NCBI GenBank assembly: GCA_965601925.1
Contig: OZ271854.1
Location: 1,440,001 to 1,504,000, forward strand
DNA: 64,000 nt
DNA from: Alkalispirochaeta sp.
GTDB lineage: Bacteria; Spirochaetota; Spirochaetia; DSM-27196; Alkalispirochaetaceae
Direction of reading: 5' to 3'
Within the stretch, counting starts at the first letter, position 1, and every line of letters begins with the position of its first letter. Below, one piece after another: positions 45,913 through 56,260 of the stretch. Position numbers and translations under genes: made by a program. A model generated the notes under the pieces. The model ran no database searches, was not told the DNA's origin, and saw only the letters and a list, made by a program, of their open reading frames with translations.

Positions 45913-47697
45913 ATGCTTGCATGGATACACACCATCGGACAGTGGGCCGGACTCGGTATCTCCTACGTCTTCATCTTCGCGGTGATCGGCATTGCACAAC
46001 TACTGCTGAAAGCCGGACTACTCGACGCCTCGGCGACACGGAAGGTCGTGCATATCGGTGTCGCGCACTGGTGGATACTGGCGATGTTGTTCATCGACGA
46101 CGTGGGTATCGCGTTAATCGGCCCGGTGAGCTTCATCCTCATCAACTGGGTCTCGTATCGAAGACACGTCTTCGCGGCGATGGAGCACCCGGAGCCGCGC
46201 AGTAACCTCGGTACCGTCTACTTTCCCATAGCCCTCACGATCTTAGTCGGCCTCACCTGGAGCGGCCTGTTTCCCACCTGGTACGGCCTCGCGGCGATCC
46301 TCGTGTTGGGTTGGGGCGACGGGCTGGCGTCGATCGTCGGCGAGCATCCGGGAGTGCGGAACGAGGCCCTTCGTTTCGCCGTTCCGGGAGGACGAAAGAG
46401 CGTCCTCGGGACCGCGGCGATGTTCTTCGCCGCCGGCGCGGTATCGGCCCTGATACTGTTTCTCTTTGCCGGTTCCGGGAGGGGGCATACCCCGACCACT
46501 ACAGGATTCGGCTTGTGGCACGCGATAGTGGAAGAGCTCCAACGCGTGGGGTCTTATACGTGGATCGGCAGGCCGACAGACAGCGCGGTGCTCGTCGCTC
46601 TCTCGCGCCTCGACGGACTGGTACGAATCCTAATCGAGCGCGCCGCCGACGCCGCCGAGGGTGCGGGGATCACCGCAACGCTTTTGGAGGGAGCGCCGAG
46701 CGCGGCCGCTTCCGGACCGTGGAGTATGCAACCAAGTACGATTGCGGCGACCGCGTTGGTCATCGCCGCCATCGCCACCGCGGTTGAGCTCACGACGCCG
46801 CGGGGTATGGACAACATCACCGTACCGCTCGCGGTCTTTGTCGTGCTGACCTTGTTGATGCCGCTACCGGGGGAGTGGATCGTACGCCTCGCATGGGCTG
46901 TGGCGCTGAATGTGTTTGTCGCGGTGGTCGCGTATGTGCGTCGCTCGGTAACGGCGACCGGCGCGATTGCCGGTGCATTCGTGGGTCTGGCCATCTACCT
47001 TTCGGGGGGCGGCTTTTACTGGTCGATACTGATGGCGTTTTTTGCATCATCGAGCATTATCGGGCGCCTCACGGGACGCGTCTCGAAAGAGCGCAAGAGC
47101 GCGGCGGAGAGTATTCACGTTAAGGGAGGGCGACGCGATGCCGTGCAGGTACTGGCAAACGGCGGACTTGCGGCACTCATGGCGCTGGCTCACGCCGTGA
47201 GCGGCCGTCCGATATTCATGCTCGGCTTTGCGATTGTGCTTGCCGCGTCGACCGCCGATACCTGGGCGAGCGAAATCGGCGTCCTCAGTACACGCGATCC
47301 CGTCTCGATTCTCTCTCTCCGGTCGATACCGCGGGGGACCTCCGGCGGCGTAAGTTTGTTGGGACTCGTAGCGAGCCTCGCCGGCGCCCTCTTCATCGGA
47401 TTGTGGTTTGCCCTGGGATATCGAATCGTCCACGGATGGAATCCACGGGAGCTGGGCGCGATCGTTGCCGTCATAACCGCCGGTGGATTCTTGGGGAGTG
47501 TTGTCGACAGCGTACTCGGCGCGACGGTGCAAGCCCAGTATTGGGACGCTCTACGGCAGCGACACACCGAGCGCCGTAACGACGCGGGAGGGAAACCCAA
47601 CCGGCTGGTAAAGGGCTTTCATTTCGTCACCAACGACCTGGTTAACTCTCTGAGCGGTGCGTTAGCGACGGCGACGCTTTTTGCGTTTGTCGTGTGA
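45913..47697 (+). CDS. Phytol/dolichol-kinase-like domain fused to DUF92 (TMEM19/VTE6-like)
   Basis: TRKVVHI, GDGLASIVG, KSVLG, DNITVP; then RDAVQVLANGG, ADTWASEIG, SGGVS, DSVLGATVQ, NDLVN. Confidence 0.85.
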   Translation: MLAWIHTIGQWAGLGISYVFIFAVIGIAQLLLKAGLLDASATRKVVHIGVAHWWILAMLFIDDVGIALIGPVSFILINWVSYRRHVFAAMEHPEPRSNLGTVYFPIALTILVGLTWSGLFPTWYGLAAILVLGWGDGLASIVGEHPGVRNEALRFAVPGGRKSVLGTAAMFFAAGAVSALILFLFAGSGRGHTPTTTGFGLWHAIVEELQRVGSYTWIGRPTDSAVLVALSRLDGLVRILIERAADAAEGAGITATLLEGAPSAAASGPWSMQPSTIAATALVIAAIATAVELTTPRGMDNITVPLAVFVVLTLLMPLPGEWIVRLAWAVALNVFVAVVAYVRRSVTATGAIAGAFVGLAIYLSGGGFYWSILMAFFASSSIIGRLTGRVSKERKSAAESIHVKGGRRDAVQVLANGGLAALMALAHAVSGRPIFMLGFAIVLAASTADTWASEIGVLSTRDPVSILSLRSIPRGTSGGVSLLGLVASLAGALFIGLWFALGYRIVHGWNPRELGAIVAVITAGGFLGSVVDSVLGATVQAQYWDALRQRHTERRNDAGGKPNRLVKGFHFVTNDLVNSLSGALATATLFAFVV

Positions 47698-47711
47698 CAC
47701 GCGCCTCCTCC

Positions 47712-47955
47712 TGCTCGGCCGAGCGTCCGGGTCACGACTACTCCCGACTTTTCTCTTGCAAAGGCTTCTATCTATGTCACTCGTGTAGTCGCAAACGGAC
47801 AATCCTGTTCGCCGAGCATGTGACAACCGATTTTCGGTGAGTTCCTCGACGAGGCCGCAGGTAGGTCGCTCCTCACGGAACGGTCATCGCGCATCAGCCC
47901 TTTGGCGACATGCTCCGCTGGAATCCGCATTTTCACACCATCGCCTTGGTGACGT
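47712..47955 (+). pseudogene. Decayed IS91-family (Y2/HUH) transposase fragment
   Basis: GHDYSRLFSCKGFYLCHSCSRKRTILFAEHV (Zn domain), stop/frameshifts, then HQPFGDMLRWNPHFHTI (HUH). Confidence 0.8.
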
Positions 47956-48076
47956 CCACGGACGACGTGCGCTGCGCCGGAGTGCAAAATCGACGGTATA
48001 CTACAGAAACAATCGGCAGGCGGACCGTGACATACGCGCGTTGCCGAGAACTATGTACGGGTAAAGGAAGGACAAC

Positions 48077-49387
48077 ATGAAGAACCGTAGCAACTCTCGA
48101 CGGTGTGCGGCGGCGATCGGCGTCGCAATGGTGTTGGTCGCGGCCGTGGTAGGTGCACAGGAGGCCGGTACGCAATGGAACATCACGTTGCGGGACGGCG
48201 ATAACGTCGTGGGGGCGATCACAACCACGACATTGCGGGTAGTCACCGGCTATGCGGGCACGATTCCGATCCGTACTGCGCACGTCGCCGCCGTCCGTTT
48301 TGACGACGATCCGGGTGGGCAGGTCTCCATCGCGACGATCTTCGGCGACGCGATCACCGGCTTCTTGGTCGACCGCAGCATCAACCTGCGGTTGGCCGAC
48401 CGATCGTACGACGTGATGCGCGAGGATTTCTTGTCGATCGAGCCGTTTGGCGAGCCGCGCGCCGTCGTGCCGCGCGCGCCTACGGATGCGACATTGCACT
48501 TCTACAACGGCGACCGGATCTCCGGACAGTTGGACGAGGCGACGCGAATCGAGTCGCGGTTCGGTGCCGTGGCAATACCGCAGCTCGCCGGCCTCGCCTT
48601 CCGATTGTCGCCGGAACTCGCGGTGACCGCCCGGTTGATCGACGGCCAGCAGATGCGGGTCGACGTGGAACCGGTGATGCTGGAGTTCGCGACGCGTATC
48701 GGCCACTCGCTCGAGGTGGCCCAAGCCGCCGTCTCAAGCATCAGGCTGACGGCAAGCGCCTCGGCGAGCTTGGACGACGTTCACGCGTCGTTTCACGAAC
48801 GGTTTGCGGATATCACCGACTTGATCCCCTACCGTTGGGACTTCCGCGATGGCGAGCATGGCGACAATATCTCCGACGGCGGTAACGACATGTTCGACGG
48901 TGGCAACTACTTGGGAACCGATCTCGGAACGCTCATGTACACCGGTGGTGAGATCGTCGATTCGCCTGCGTGCGGTCCGGGTGGGCGTTATTTCACCAGC
49001 AAGGTCCCGGGGTTGTTCTTGTTCGCAGCCGAGATCGATCAGATCTCCAACTTCCAGATTACCGGCAACCTCGGCGCCGACGGTGGCGGTGCGGTCGACG
49101 GTCTCGAGTTCACCGTCAACGGCGCCGCCGGCGCGTATCGCGCGTTTGTAAAACGGGTATACGGCTCGGGCGATCCGTCGGTGAATCATTTGATCATCGT
49201 TCCGGAGGGCGGAAATCTGCAACAGCAGTTCCCCAACGACACCTATGACGATGACCACATCGTCACCGGACTCGAGACGGCCGATCGTATCTACTACCTC
49301 TTGTTGTCCAGCGACGATTACGCCGCTATCGACGAAGAGGTGATGGGCCAGATCGCGCGAACGTTTGTCGAAATAGCCGGTCTTTAG
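48077..49387 (+). CDS. Secreted protein of unknown function
   Basis: AAGGAAGG SD, signal peptide, repeated beta modules, D/G-rich C-terminal domain. Confidence 0.75.
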   Translation: MKNRSNSRRCAAAIGVAMVLVAAVVGAQEAGTQWNITLRDGDNVVGAITTTTLRVVTGYAGTIPIRTAHVAAVRFDDDPGGQVSIATIFGDAITGFLVDRSINLRLADRSYDVMREDFLSIEPFGEPRAVVPRAPTDATLHFYNGDRISGQLDEATRIESRFGAVAIPQLAGLAFRLSPELAVTARLIDGQQMRVDVEPVMLEFATRIGHSLEVAQAAVSSIRLTASASASLDDVHASFHERFADITDLIPYRWDFRDGEHGDNISDGGNDMFDGGNYLGTDLGTLMYTGGEIVDSPACGPGGRYFTSKVPGLFLFAAEIDQISNFQITGNLGADGGGAVDGLEFTVNGAAGAYRAFVKRVYGSGDPSVNHLIIVPEGGNLQQQFPNDTYDDDHIVTGLETADRIYYLLLSSDDYAAIDEEVMGQIARTFVEIAGL

Positions 49388-49542
49388 GGTGGTCGGCCGC
49401 GGCCGGCGGTCACTCGGCGCGAAGCCGGTTTACGGCGTCGCTCGCTTGTCGACGGGTGAACCTGCGTCGACCAACGCCGCGATCATCGAGGATCCCGACG
49501 CGATCAAGCACACATAGCGATATAATACGCGATTCTACTGCT

Positions 49543-51978
49543 TCAGCGCACCGTGACGTCGACGGTTCCGAACGCCGGGCACGGCGCGAGACCATCCATC
49601 GTATCGGCATCGAATATCGACATTGCCGGTACGCCCGGTCGAACGACGACGGCGTGGAGGCGGTCCCATCGCGTCTGCGCGGCCCCATCGCCGTGTTGTA
49701 CCGCTACCGTCAGTCGTGCGTCGCCGTCATTATACGCCGCGGTCGCGCTCCAATACGCTCCGTCGCGATACCCGAATCCCTCGCCCGCGTCACCGTAGAT
49801 CGAACCTTCGGCGCGCCCGTTCTCGTCGGGCACGACCAGAAGGCGCAGTACACCGTCGCCCGCCTCGCCGGTATGTTGGCGCACCGCCTCGTAGGGAATG
49901 ATATAACCGCCGCGAAAGTACATCGGTACGCGATCGAGCGGGGCCTCGGCGGCGACGACCGTACCGCCGGCGTCACTTCGACCGGGATCTCCGGCGACGA
50001 TTCTGTCGCCGGTCCATACGTCGTACCAGACGCCGGCGGGAAGATAGACGGCGCGTTCGGCGACGCCCGGGTCTTTGATCGGCGCGATGAGGACGGCGGG
50101 GCCCGCCATGTAAGAGTCGGCGCGGTTGTGGACGCGCGTATCGTCGGGAAACTCCCACACCAGCGGTCTCATGATCGGCGCGCCGGTTCGGGATGCCAAC
50201 TCAAAGAGCGTATAGAGGTACGGGAGTAGTCGATAGCGTAACTCGACGAAACGTCGAGCGATGGAGACGACCTCCTCGCCGAAACTCCACGGCTCGTGAT
50301 CCTCGGTGTCCAAGGCGCTATGGGCGCGGAAGAAGGGGACCAGACACGCCGCAGCGATCCAGCGGGCGTAGAGCTCCGGATTCGCGTTGAACTGAAATCC
50401 GCCCACATCACCGCCTACAAAGGGTACGCCGCTCAAGGCGACGTTCATAAACATCGGTTGCATCAGACCGATGTGCTCCCACCAACTGCTGTTGTCTCCC
50501 GTCCAGACCGCGGCGTGTCGCTGGATTCCGGCATATCCGGCGCGCGTCAGGACAAACCCGCGCTCGTTGGGACGGTAGCGCGCAAAGGCGCTTTTGGTGG
50601 CCATGTTCATGCCGTTGGCGTAGGCGTTGTGTAGGCGCGCCATGGACGTCGGATGGCCGTCGTTCCGAACCACAAGAGAGGAGGGAACGGTATAGTCGGG
50701 ACGATAGATCTCATCCCCGGTAAAGTCCGCCGGCTCGTTCATGTCGTTCCAGATCCCGTCTACGCCGTTGTCGAGAAGTCGGTGGTGCCACTCGGCCCAC
50801 CAGTCACGGGCCGAACGATCGGTAAAGTCGGGAAACGCGGCCTCCCCGGGCCACACTTTGCCGACGTAGGTGGTACCGGTCGGATCCTGCAGAAAGACGC
50901 CCTTCTCAAAACCGTCGGCGAACACCGGACAGTCCGGATCGACCTTCACGCCGGGGTCTACGATCGTCACGAGGTGAAATCCATCCTCCCTGAGGCGGTC
51001 GTTCATCGACTTCGGATCCGGGAAGCGCTCTCGATCCCACGTGAAGACACGATACCCGTCCATGTAATGGATATCGAGATAGAGAACGTCGCACGGAATC
51101 CGATTCCGGCGCATCGCACGCGCCACTTCGAAGACGCGGCCCTCGGGATAGTAACTGTATCGACATTGTTGAAACCCGAGCGCCCATTCGGGTGGCAGCG
51201 CCATGGTGCCGGTGAGGCCCGACCACGCCGCCACGGCGGCTGGAAGCGACTCGTTGCGCGCAATGTATAGATCGAAGTCGGTATCGTACACCTCGATTTG
51301 GAGGCGATCTCGCTCCCCCTCGCCGACGTCGAGGTAGACCGTAGCGGTACTATCTACGAATACGGTCTTGGTCCCCTCGGGAGTAAACAGGTGCGCGACG
51401 GGGATCGATTGGTAGAGGGGATCGCGCTCCGGTGTATGATCCGGCTCGTCGGAGTTCCACATGATCCAGCTACGCCCCCGTTTGTCCAGGGAACCGGTCT
51501 TCTCACCGAGTCCGTAGACACGCACGTCCTCCTCAAGGGGAAGTGAGAGCAACACGCCGTCGCGACAGCGCGATATCTCAATGGGACCGGCTTCCGAGTG
51601 AGAGAATCGATGGCCGGCGACGGTGACCGGCACGACGCCCCGCGTGTCCTCGTGCGGATTCACGTTTCCTTCGACTCCACCGTGCCCGACGAAGTACCGC
51701 TTGGTCCGACTATCGGTGAAGGCTTGAGGCGCGTCTATGTCGGTGGTCTCCCAGACGCGCCGCGCTTCGGTCGCCTCGTCGATGGCCCACGAGCGGCGAT
51801 CTCGCACCGTACCGACATCCGTCTCGTCGTCGAGTGTGACCGAGAGGCGAACCCATCCGTCGCGGGAGCGTGAGAAGGTCGTAGAACCGTTTGAAAAACG
51901 ATATGTCGTGCAATTCGTCGTCGTGTCGCTTGCGCGTACCTCGCCGAGAGAGAACCACTGTGTATGTCGATGATGCAT
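49543..51978 (-). CDS. GH31 alpha-glucosidase
   Basis: YGLGEK, GFQQCRYSY, GIWNDMNEP, WTGDN, GDVGGF, FFRAH. Confidence 0.93.
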   Translation of the reverse strand: MHHRHTQWFSLGEVRASDTTTNCTTYRFSNGSTTFSRSRDGWVRLSVTLDDETDVGTVRDRRSWAIDEATEARRVWETTDIDAPQAFTDSRTKRYFVGHGGVEGNVNPHEDTRGVVPVTVAGHRFSHSEAGPIEISRCRDGVLLSLPLEEDVRVYGLGEKTGSLDKRGRSWIMWNSDEPDHTPERDPLYQSIPVAHLFTPEGTKTVFVDSTATVYLDVGEGERDRLQIEVYDTDFDLYIARNESLPAAVAAWSGLTGTMALPPEWALGFQQCRYSYYPEGRVFEVARAMRRNRIPCDVLYLDIHYMDGYRVFTWDRERFPDPKSMNDRLREDGFHLVTIVDPGVKVDPDCPVFADGFEKGVFLQDPTGTTYVGKVWPGEAAFPDFTDRSARDWWAEWHHRLLDNGVDGIWNDMNEPADFTGDEIYRPDYTVPSSLVVRNDGHPTSMARLHNAYANGMNMATKSAFARYRPNERGFVLTRAGYAGIQRHAAVWTGDNSSWWEHIGLMQPMFMNVALSGVPFVGGDVGGFQFNANPELYARWIAAACLVPFFRAHSALDTEDHEPWSFGEEVVSIARRFVELRYRLLPYLYTLFELASRTGAPIMRPLVWEFPDDTRVHNRADSYMAGPAVLIAPIKDPGVAERAVYLPAGVWYDVWTGDRIVAGDPGRSDAGGTVVAAEAPLDRVPMYFRGGYIIPYEAVRQHTGEAGDGVLRLLVVPDENGRAEGSIYGDAGEGFGYRDGAYWSATAAYNDGDARLTVAVQHGDGAAQTRWDRLHAVVVRPGVPAMSIFDADTMDGLAPCPAFGTVDVTVR

Positions 51979-51989
51979 CGGCGCCTATA

Positions 51990-52481
51990 CTACTCGGCGC
52001 CGGCTTCCGTGACTACCGCCGTGAGATCCTCCTCGGAAAAGATTCTGTCCGTGTCGAGGATGATGATGAACTGCTCGTCTTGCTTGCCGATTCCGCGAAT
52101 AAACTCGGTGTTGATACGCGTACCGATCTGCGGCGCCGGCTCGATCTGATCTTCGTTGAGATTAATCACCTCCTGCACGCTATCGGCGAGCGTACCCAAG
52201 GTCACCGTCTCTCCATCGATATTCACTTCCATTACGATGATACTCGTGTCGATCGTCTTTTCCGTCTCTCCCATCTGAAACTTGAGACGGAGATCGATCA
52301 CCGGCACGACGCTCCCACGGAGATTGATGACGCCGCGCATGAAATCCTGCGTTTTCGGTACACGTGTCACCGTCGTATATTCGAGGACCTCTCTTACGTC
52401 GTAAACCTCGACGGCATAGAACTCATCGGCGAGCGTAAAAACCAGATACTGACTACTCGTTGCACGTGCCACATCACTCAT
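51990..52481 (-). CDS. cheW: Chemotaxis coupling protein CheW
   Basis: QYLVFTL, VREVL, GVINLRGSVVPVIDLR, ADSVQEV. Confidence 0.95.
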   Translation of the reverse strand: MSDVARATSSQYLVFTLADEFYAVEVYDVREVLEYTTVTRVPKTQDFMRGVINLRGSVVPVIDLRLKFQMGETEKTIDTSIIVMEVNIDGETVTLGTLADSVQEVINLNEDQIEPAPQIGTRINTEFIRGIGKQDEQFIIILDTDRIFSEEDLTAVVTEAGAE

Positions 52482-52536
52482 GATGTCCTCCGTATATCTC
52501 CAATCGTAGTGCAGCCGCTATCGCGGTGCAAACATA

Positions 52537-53424
52537 TCACCGCATCCTACCGGCAAGGATCTTGTCCGCGAGACGATCGAGGGAGCGTCCCTCCAATCCA
52601 ATCATACCACCGACCTCGCGGATTCGCCCCTCGAGTCGATCGAGATCGCCGTCTTCCTCGATACCGATGAGACGCTGCAACGCCTCGAACTCCGTCTTGG
52701 AGAAGCGCACCGCACCCCGGACGTGTTCGTCGAACGCCTCGGTCGCGATCGGGCAAACCCGTCCGGCGATATCGAACATCACCTCACCGTAGACGCGAAT
52801 CTCGTGTTGGGCGTGAGGATCGAGACGGAGCTTGAGAAAGTGAAAGAGATTGTGCAGATCTATCTGCCAGTACCACTCGGTATAGGTAGAGAGGGGAAGG
52901 TTGATCCTCGCGAGCTCGCGCGCCACATCGCGTTGCAGAAGCTCCTCGTACGCCTCATAGGCGCCCCGTTGCCGGGCCGCAAGCGCCTCGCGAATCTTCT
53001 CGCGCACATCTTCGGGAAACGGCTGCGCGCCTCGGCCCTGCTTGTTGTCCGCCGACTGCGGTGCAATCGCCGAACCTTCGGGAAGATAGAACTCATCCTT
53101 CATGACGCTGTAGCGACCGCTGATCTCATTGAGGCGCGCGGTGCGATGCCGGACCCATTGACGGGCGACGAAAATCGGCATCTTGGTATGAAAGGTAAAT
53201 ATCACCTGCTCAAAGGGTGATGTGTGCTCGTTGCGCAGGAGATAGTGAATCAGTCCGCGATCCTGACGAAACGATTTGGTACCTTCGCCGTATGAGACGC
53301 GCGCGGATTGTACGATTCGCCGGTCGCCGCCGAGATAGTCCACCAGTCGAACGAACCCTCGATCGAGGACGGGAAATGCGTGGTCGAGGATCTCTTCGGC
53401 CTCGGCAACCACTTCGTGGGCCAT
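52537..53424 (-). CDS. thyX: FAD-dependent thymidylate synthase
   Basis: HTSPFE, RQWVRHRTARLNEISGRYS, ARINLP, AQHEIR; SD AAGGAG. Confidence 0.95.
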   Translation of the reverse strand: MAHEVVAEAEEILDHAFPVLDRGFVRLVDYLGGDRRIVQSARVSYGEGTKSFRQDRGLIHYLLRNEHTSPFEQVIFTFHTKMPIFVARQWVRHRTARLNEISGRYSVMKDEFYLPEGSAIAPQSADNKQGRGAQPFPEDVREKIREALAARQRGAYEAYEELLQRDVARELARINLPLSTYTEWYWQIDLHNLFHFLKLRLDPHAQHEIRVYGEVMFDIAGRVCPIATEAFDEHVRGAVRFSKTEFEALQRLIGIEEDGDLDRLEGRIREVGGMIGLEGRSLDRLADKILAGRMR

Positions 53425-53527
53425 GAGCTTCTCCTTTCGCGGGTATTGTAGCCCGCCGGCCCATGATGGACCACCTCTCGCGGAGAAGACTGGCACATCG
53501 TGCGTCGATACCGTTATGGTGTTGGAT

Positions 53528-54730
53528 ATGAAGACAAAGAGGCTTTCGGCGATACCGATCATCGCCTTACTCATAACGACGTCCCTTCCCCTGTGGGCAC
53601 ACTCAGGACAGGCGCCCGCGGCGGCCGACGAATATGTAGAAGTATGGGGCGTTCAACGGTCCGACAACGGGTACGATTTTTACGCGCGCAACGACCATTT
53701 CATTCCCATGTACGTCAACGTGAGCTTCCGACAGCTCGTAAGCCTCGCACCGAGCGTCGACCTCCCGTGGAGCGGAGCGATAGCCCCCGGGGAGACTCGC
53801 CAACGCCTTTTCACGTTGGAACCGACGGCAACCCGCGGACGAATCGGCTACGACCTCGTGTATACCTTTGCGTACGGAGACCCGGAAACGGCGCAACACG
53901 ACGACGAGTATCTGTATCTCTTTCCGTTTGCTCACGGAAGCAAGCATCGAATCACTCAGGGGCACAACGGAACGTTCTCACACTTCGACGAGAACCGATA
54001 CGCGGTGGACTTCGACTTGGATGAGGGAACGGCAATCCACGCCGCACGCGACGGGATCGTCGTCCGCGTCAGGGAGGACAGTCGAGTCGGCGGTCCTTCG
54101 ACGGCGTACGCGGACCGCGGCAACGTCGTTATGATCGCCCACGACGACGGGAGCTTCGGTAATTATGTGCATCTCATGTACCGCGGCGCCGAGGTGGAAG
54201 TAGGCGATCGGGTACGGTCGGGCCAACTCATCGGCTACAGCGGAAACACCGGCATCTCCAGCGGACCGCATCTCCACTTCGACGTTCGCCTGCCGATGGC
54301 AAACGGCCGCATGCAGAGCATTCCGTTCCTGTTTCGCGGTCTCGAAGGTGAGGCGGTGGAGCCGGTGGAGGGTGCGTTTCACTACGCTACGCACCCCGGC
54401 GGGGCGCCCTTTGAGGTGGTATTCGGCGAGGATCTGACCGTCGCCGACTTTGCCGACCACCGCGCCGAAATCGCTTTGAGCAACACCATCGAGTTTCGCG
54501 CCGAGGAGTACGACCTGACATTCGCCGTATTCGTCGGCAACGGATTTCCCGATCCCATTCAGGCTACGATCGGCTTCAACCTCGTGAATATGCGCGCCGA
54601 CACCGCAGCTCCGGTGGAACTGACGATCCCGGCCGGGACCGAACTCTTCGTCACGTTGCTGCGCGCCGACCCGCGAGCCGACAGACTCCAATATTCCCCG
54701 ACGGTGCGTTACAGACGGCTGTCGGAGTAG
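53528..54730 (+). CDS. M23 family metallopeptidase
   Basis: Signal peptide, SH....YAVDF, YVHL, GNTG.SSGPHLHF. Confidence 0.9.
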   Translation: MKTKRLSAIPIIALLITTSLPLWAHSGQAPAAADEYVEVWGVQRSDNGYDFYARNDHFIPMYVNVSFRQLVSLAPSVDLPWSGAIAPGETRQRLFTLEPTATRGRIGYDLVYTFAYGDPETAQHDDEYLYLFPFAHGSKHRITQGHNGTFSHFDENRYAVDFDLDEGTAIHAARDGIVVRVREDSRVGGPSTAYADRGNVVMIAHDDGSFGNYVHLMYRGAEVEVGDRVRSGQLIGYSGNTGISSGPHLHFDVRLPMANGRMQSIPFLFRGLEGEAVEPVEGAFHYATHPGGAPFEVVFGEDLTVADFADHRAEIALSNTIEFRAEEYDLTFAVFVGNGFPDPIQATIGFNLVNMRADTAAPVELTIPAGTELFVTLLRADPRADRLQYSPTVRYRRLSE

Positions 54731-54765
54731 GTACGACGCGAGCTGCGGGGCACGCCGCAAGAACA

Positions 54766-54969
54766 CTACCGCCGGCGCCGCGCTCCTCGGCTCGTACCGC
54801 GAGCCATCCAGCCGATGATGAGCCCGGCGCCCAGCACGACAAACAACATCACCGCCCGTGAGATGGTAACCGTCCACATCAAAAACCGAACCGTCACCAT
54901 GTCGGCATTTTGGAGCGTGAATATGACGACCAGTGCGCCCAGAATCAAACCAGTGATAAACTTAACCAT
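54766..54969 (-). CDS. LapA (DUF1049) family small membrane protein
   Basis: IFTLQN...VTVRFL.W, two TMs. Confidence 0.8.
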   Translation of the reverse strand: MVKFITGLILGALVVIFTLQNADMVTVRFLMWTVTISRAVMLFVVLGAGLIIGWMARGTSRGARRRR

Positions 54970-55271
54970 ACGACACCTTCAAATTTGGATTGGATCGTCT
55001 CTACGATACATCACGCGGGGCGGAAGAAAAAGGGTGGGTTGGAACGCATATCGCGCACGAAGACGCACACGGTACATACTTCTGCATCGACGGCCGCGTA
55101 AAGCGCACCGGAATGAATGCGTGTGGAACACCTGGTACGGACGTTCGGAGAAGGGTCGTATCGGATCGCTACAATGAGGGTCGACTCGGAGACAATGCGC
55201 GGTGAGTCGTAGAAAGGCGGATCGCGAAACATCGAACCGCCCCGATCGAGGCGGCCCGATGTGAAGAAGTC

Positions 55272-55601
55272 TCAGTCGAGGTCGTCGAGCGTAATTACGA
55301 GGTCGTACAGCGCGATGTCCACGCCCCAGATGGTGTAGGTATCTCCATCCTCGTCCTCAGCCCGAACGTCGAAAATCGAAGAGGGATATCCGGTCACATC
55401 GACGCGCACCGTCTCTCCATACTCGAGAATATCGTTACCGAGAACATCCTCTTCCCACGAGTCCGAGTCCTCGTGACTGATGTAGAGAAAGTAGATGTCG
55501 AATCCGGTGTCGTTGGTCACCTCGATATACCCGTCGAAGGCGAACACGGCGGTCGACGTCATGAGAAGAACTACAAAGAGAGACAGAATCTTTTTGAACA
55601 T
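55272..55601 (-). CDS. Small acidic secreted protein
   Basis: Signal peptide AVFA; N.TG.DI..LYIS...DSWEEDVLG; strong SD. Confidence 0.8.
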   Translation of the reverse strand: MFKKILSLFVVLLMTSTAVFAFDGYIEVTNDTGFDIYFLYISHEDSDSWEEDVLGNDILEYGETVRVDVTGYPSSIFDVRAEDEDGDTYTIWGVDIALYDLVITLDDLD

Positions 55602-55756
55602 CGCGTAACTCCTTTTTTGAGGGCGAGATGAGACTACCCCTTGCCCCCCAGCAATGTATTGGTATTGTAATGGTATATCGAAATGGAATCACCAGTCGAG
55701 AGCACCCAAACAATCAGCTTTGTGAAAAGCGGCGAATATAGTACCCGCCGGCACAC

Positions 55757-55787
55757 AAAAAAACCGCTCCACGGGAGGAGCGGCTTC
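55757..55787 (-). terminator. Intrinsic terminator
   Basis: CCGCTCC-6-GGAGCGG followed by T7 on the minus strand. Confidence 0.75.
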
Positions 55788-55807
55788 TCATACAAACGAA
55801 GGCGCGA

Positions 55808-56242
55808 CTAAGGTCGTCCCAAAATTGAGTTTAGTGAGACATTGTTTCCCACCGTTAACGAGTCAATGAACCAATCGTCACCGTCTTGTAGCATTTGGAA
55901 AGTCGCGGCATCATCAAGAAAAGTTCGTTCCGAGTTGAACGTAGCCGTAGCATTTGAGCCGTCTACCACGATGTTCGTAATAGTGTAGGTTCCCGACTCG
56001 TCCGGTGGGAACTCAGTATTCAATGTGTCCGGATCGGCCGCTATTTGGCGCGTATTACTCTCGGGGTGCCAGTTGAGGTACACCTGGCTGTAGTTATTGT
56101 TGAGGTCCGAGGCGAGTTGGTTGATTCGGTCGGTAATGCTGACCCCGTCCGATTCGGTAGAACACCCGACGAGGAGCACCACCGCCGCCGCGACCAAGGC
56201 AAGGATACCAAGGCGGCGTATCATGTTTTTGTTCACATTCAT
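55808..56242 (-). CDS. Hypothetical lipoprotein
   Basis: LVGC lipobox; GGAGGAG SD. Confidence 0.75.
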   Translation of the reverse strand: MNVNKNMIRRLGILALVAAAVVLLVGCSTESDGVSITDRINQLASDLNNNYSQVYLNWHPESNTRQIAADPDTLNTEFPPDESGTYTITNIVVDGSNATATFNSERTFLDDAATFQMLQDGDDWFIDSLTVGNNVSLNSILGRP

Positions 56243-56260
56243 ATCGACACTCCTCCGTTT

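Noticed and set aside
47772..47987. 71-aa minus-strand ORF
   Set aside because: It is the antisense shadow of the IS91 transposase relic.
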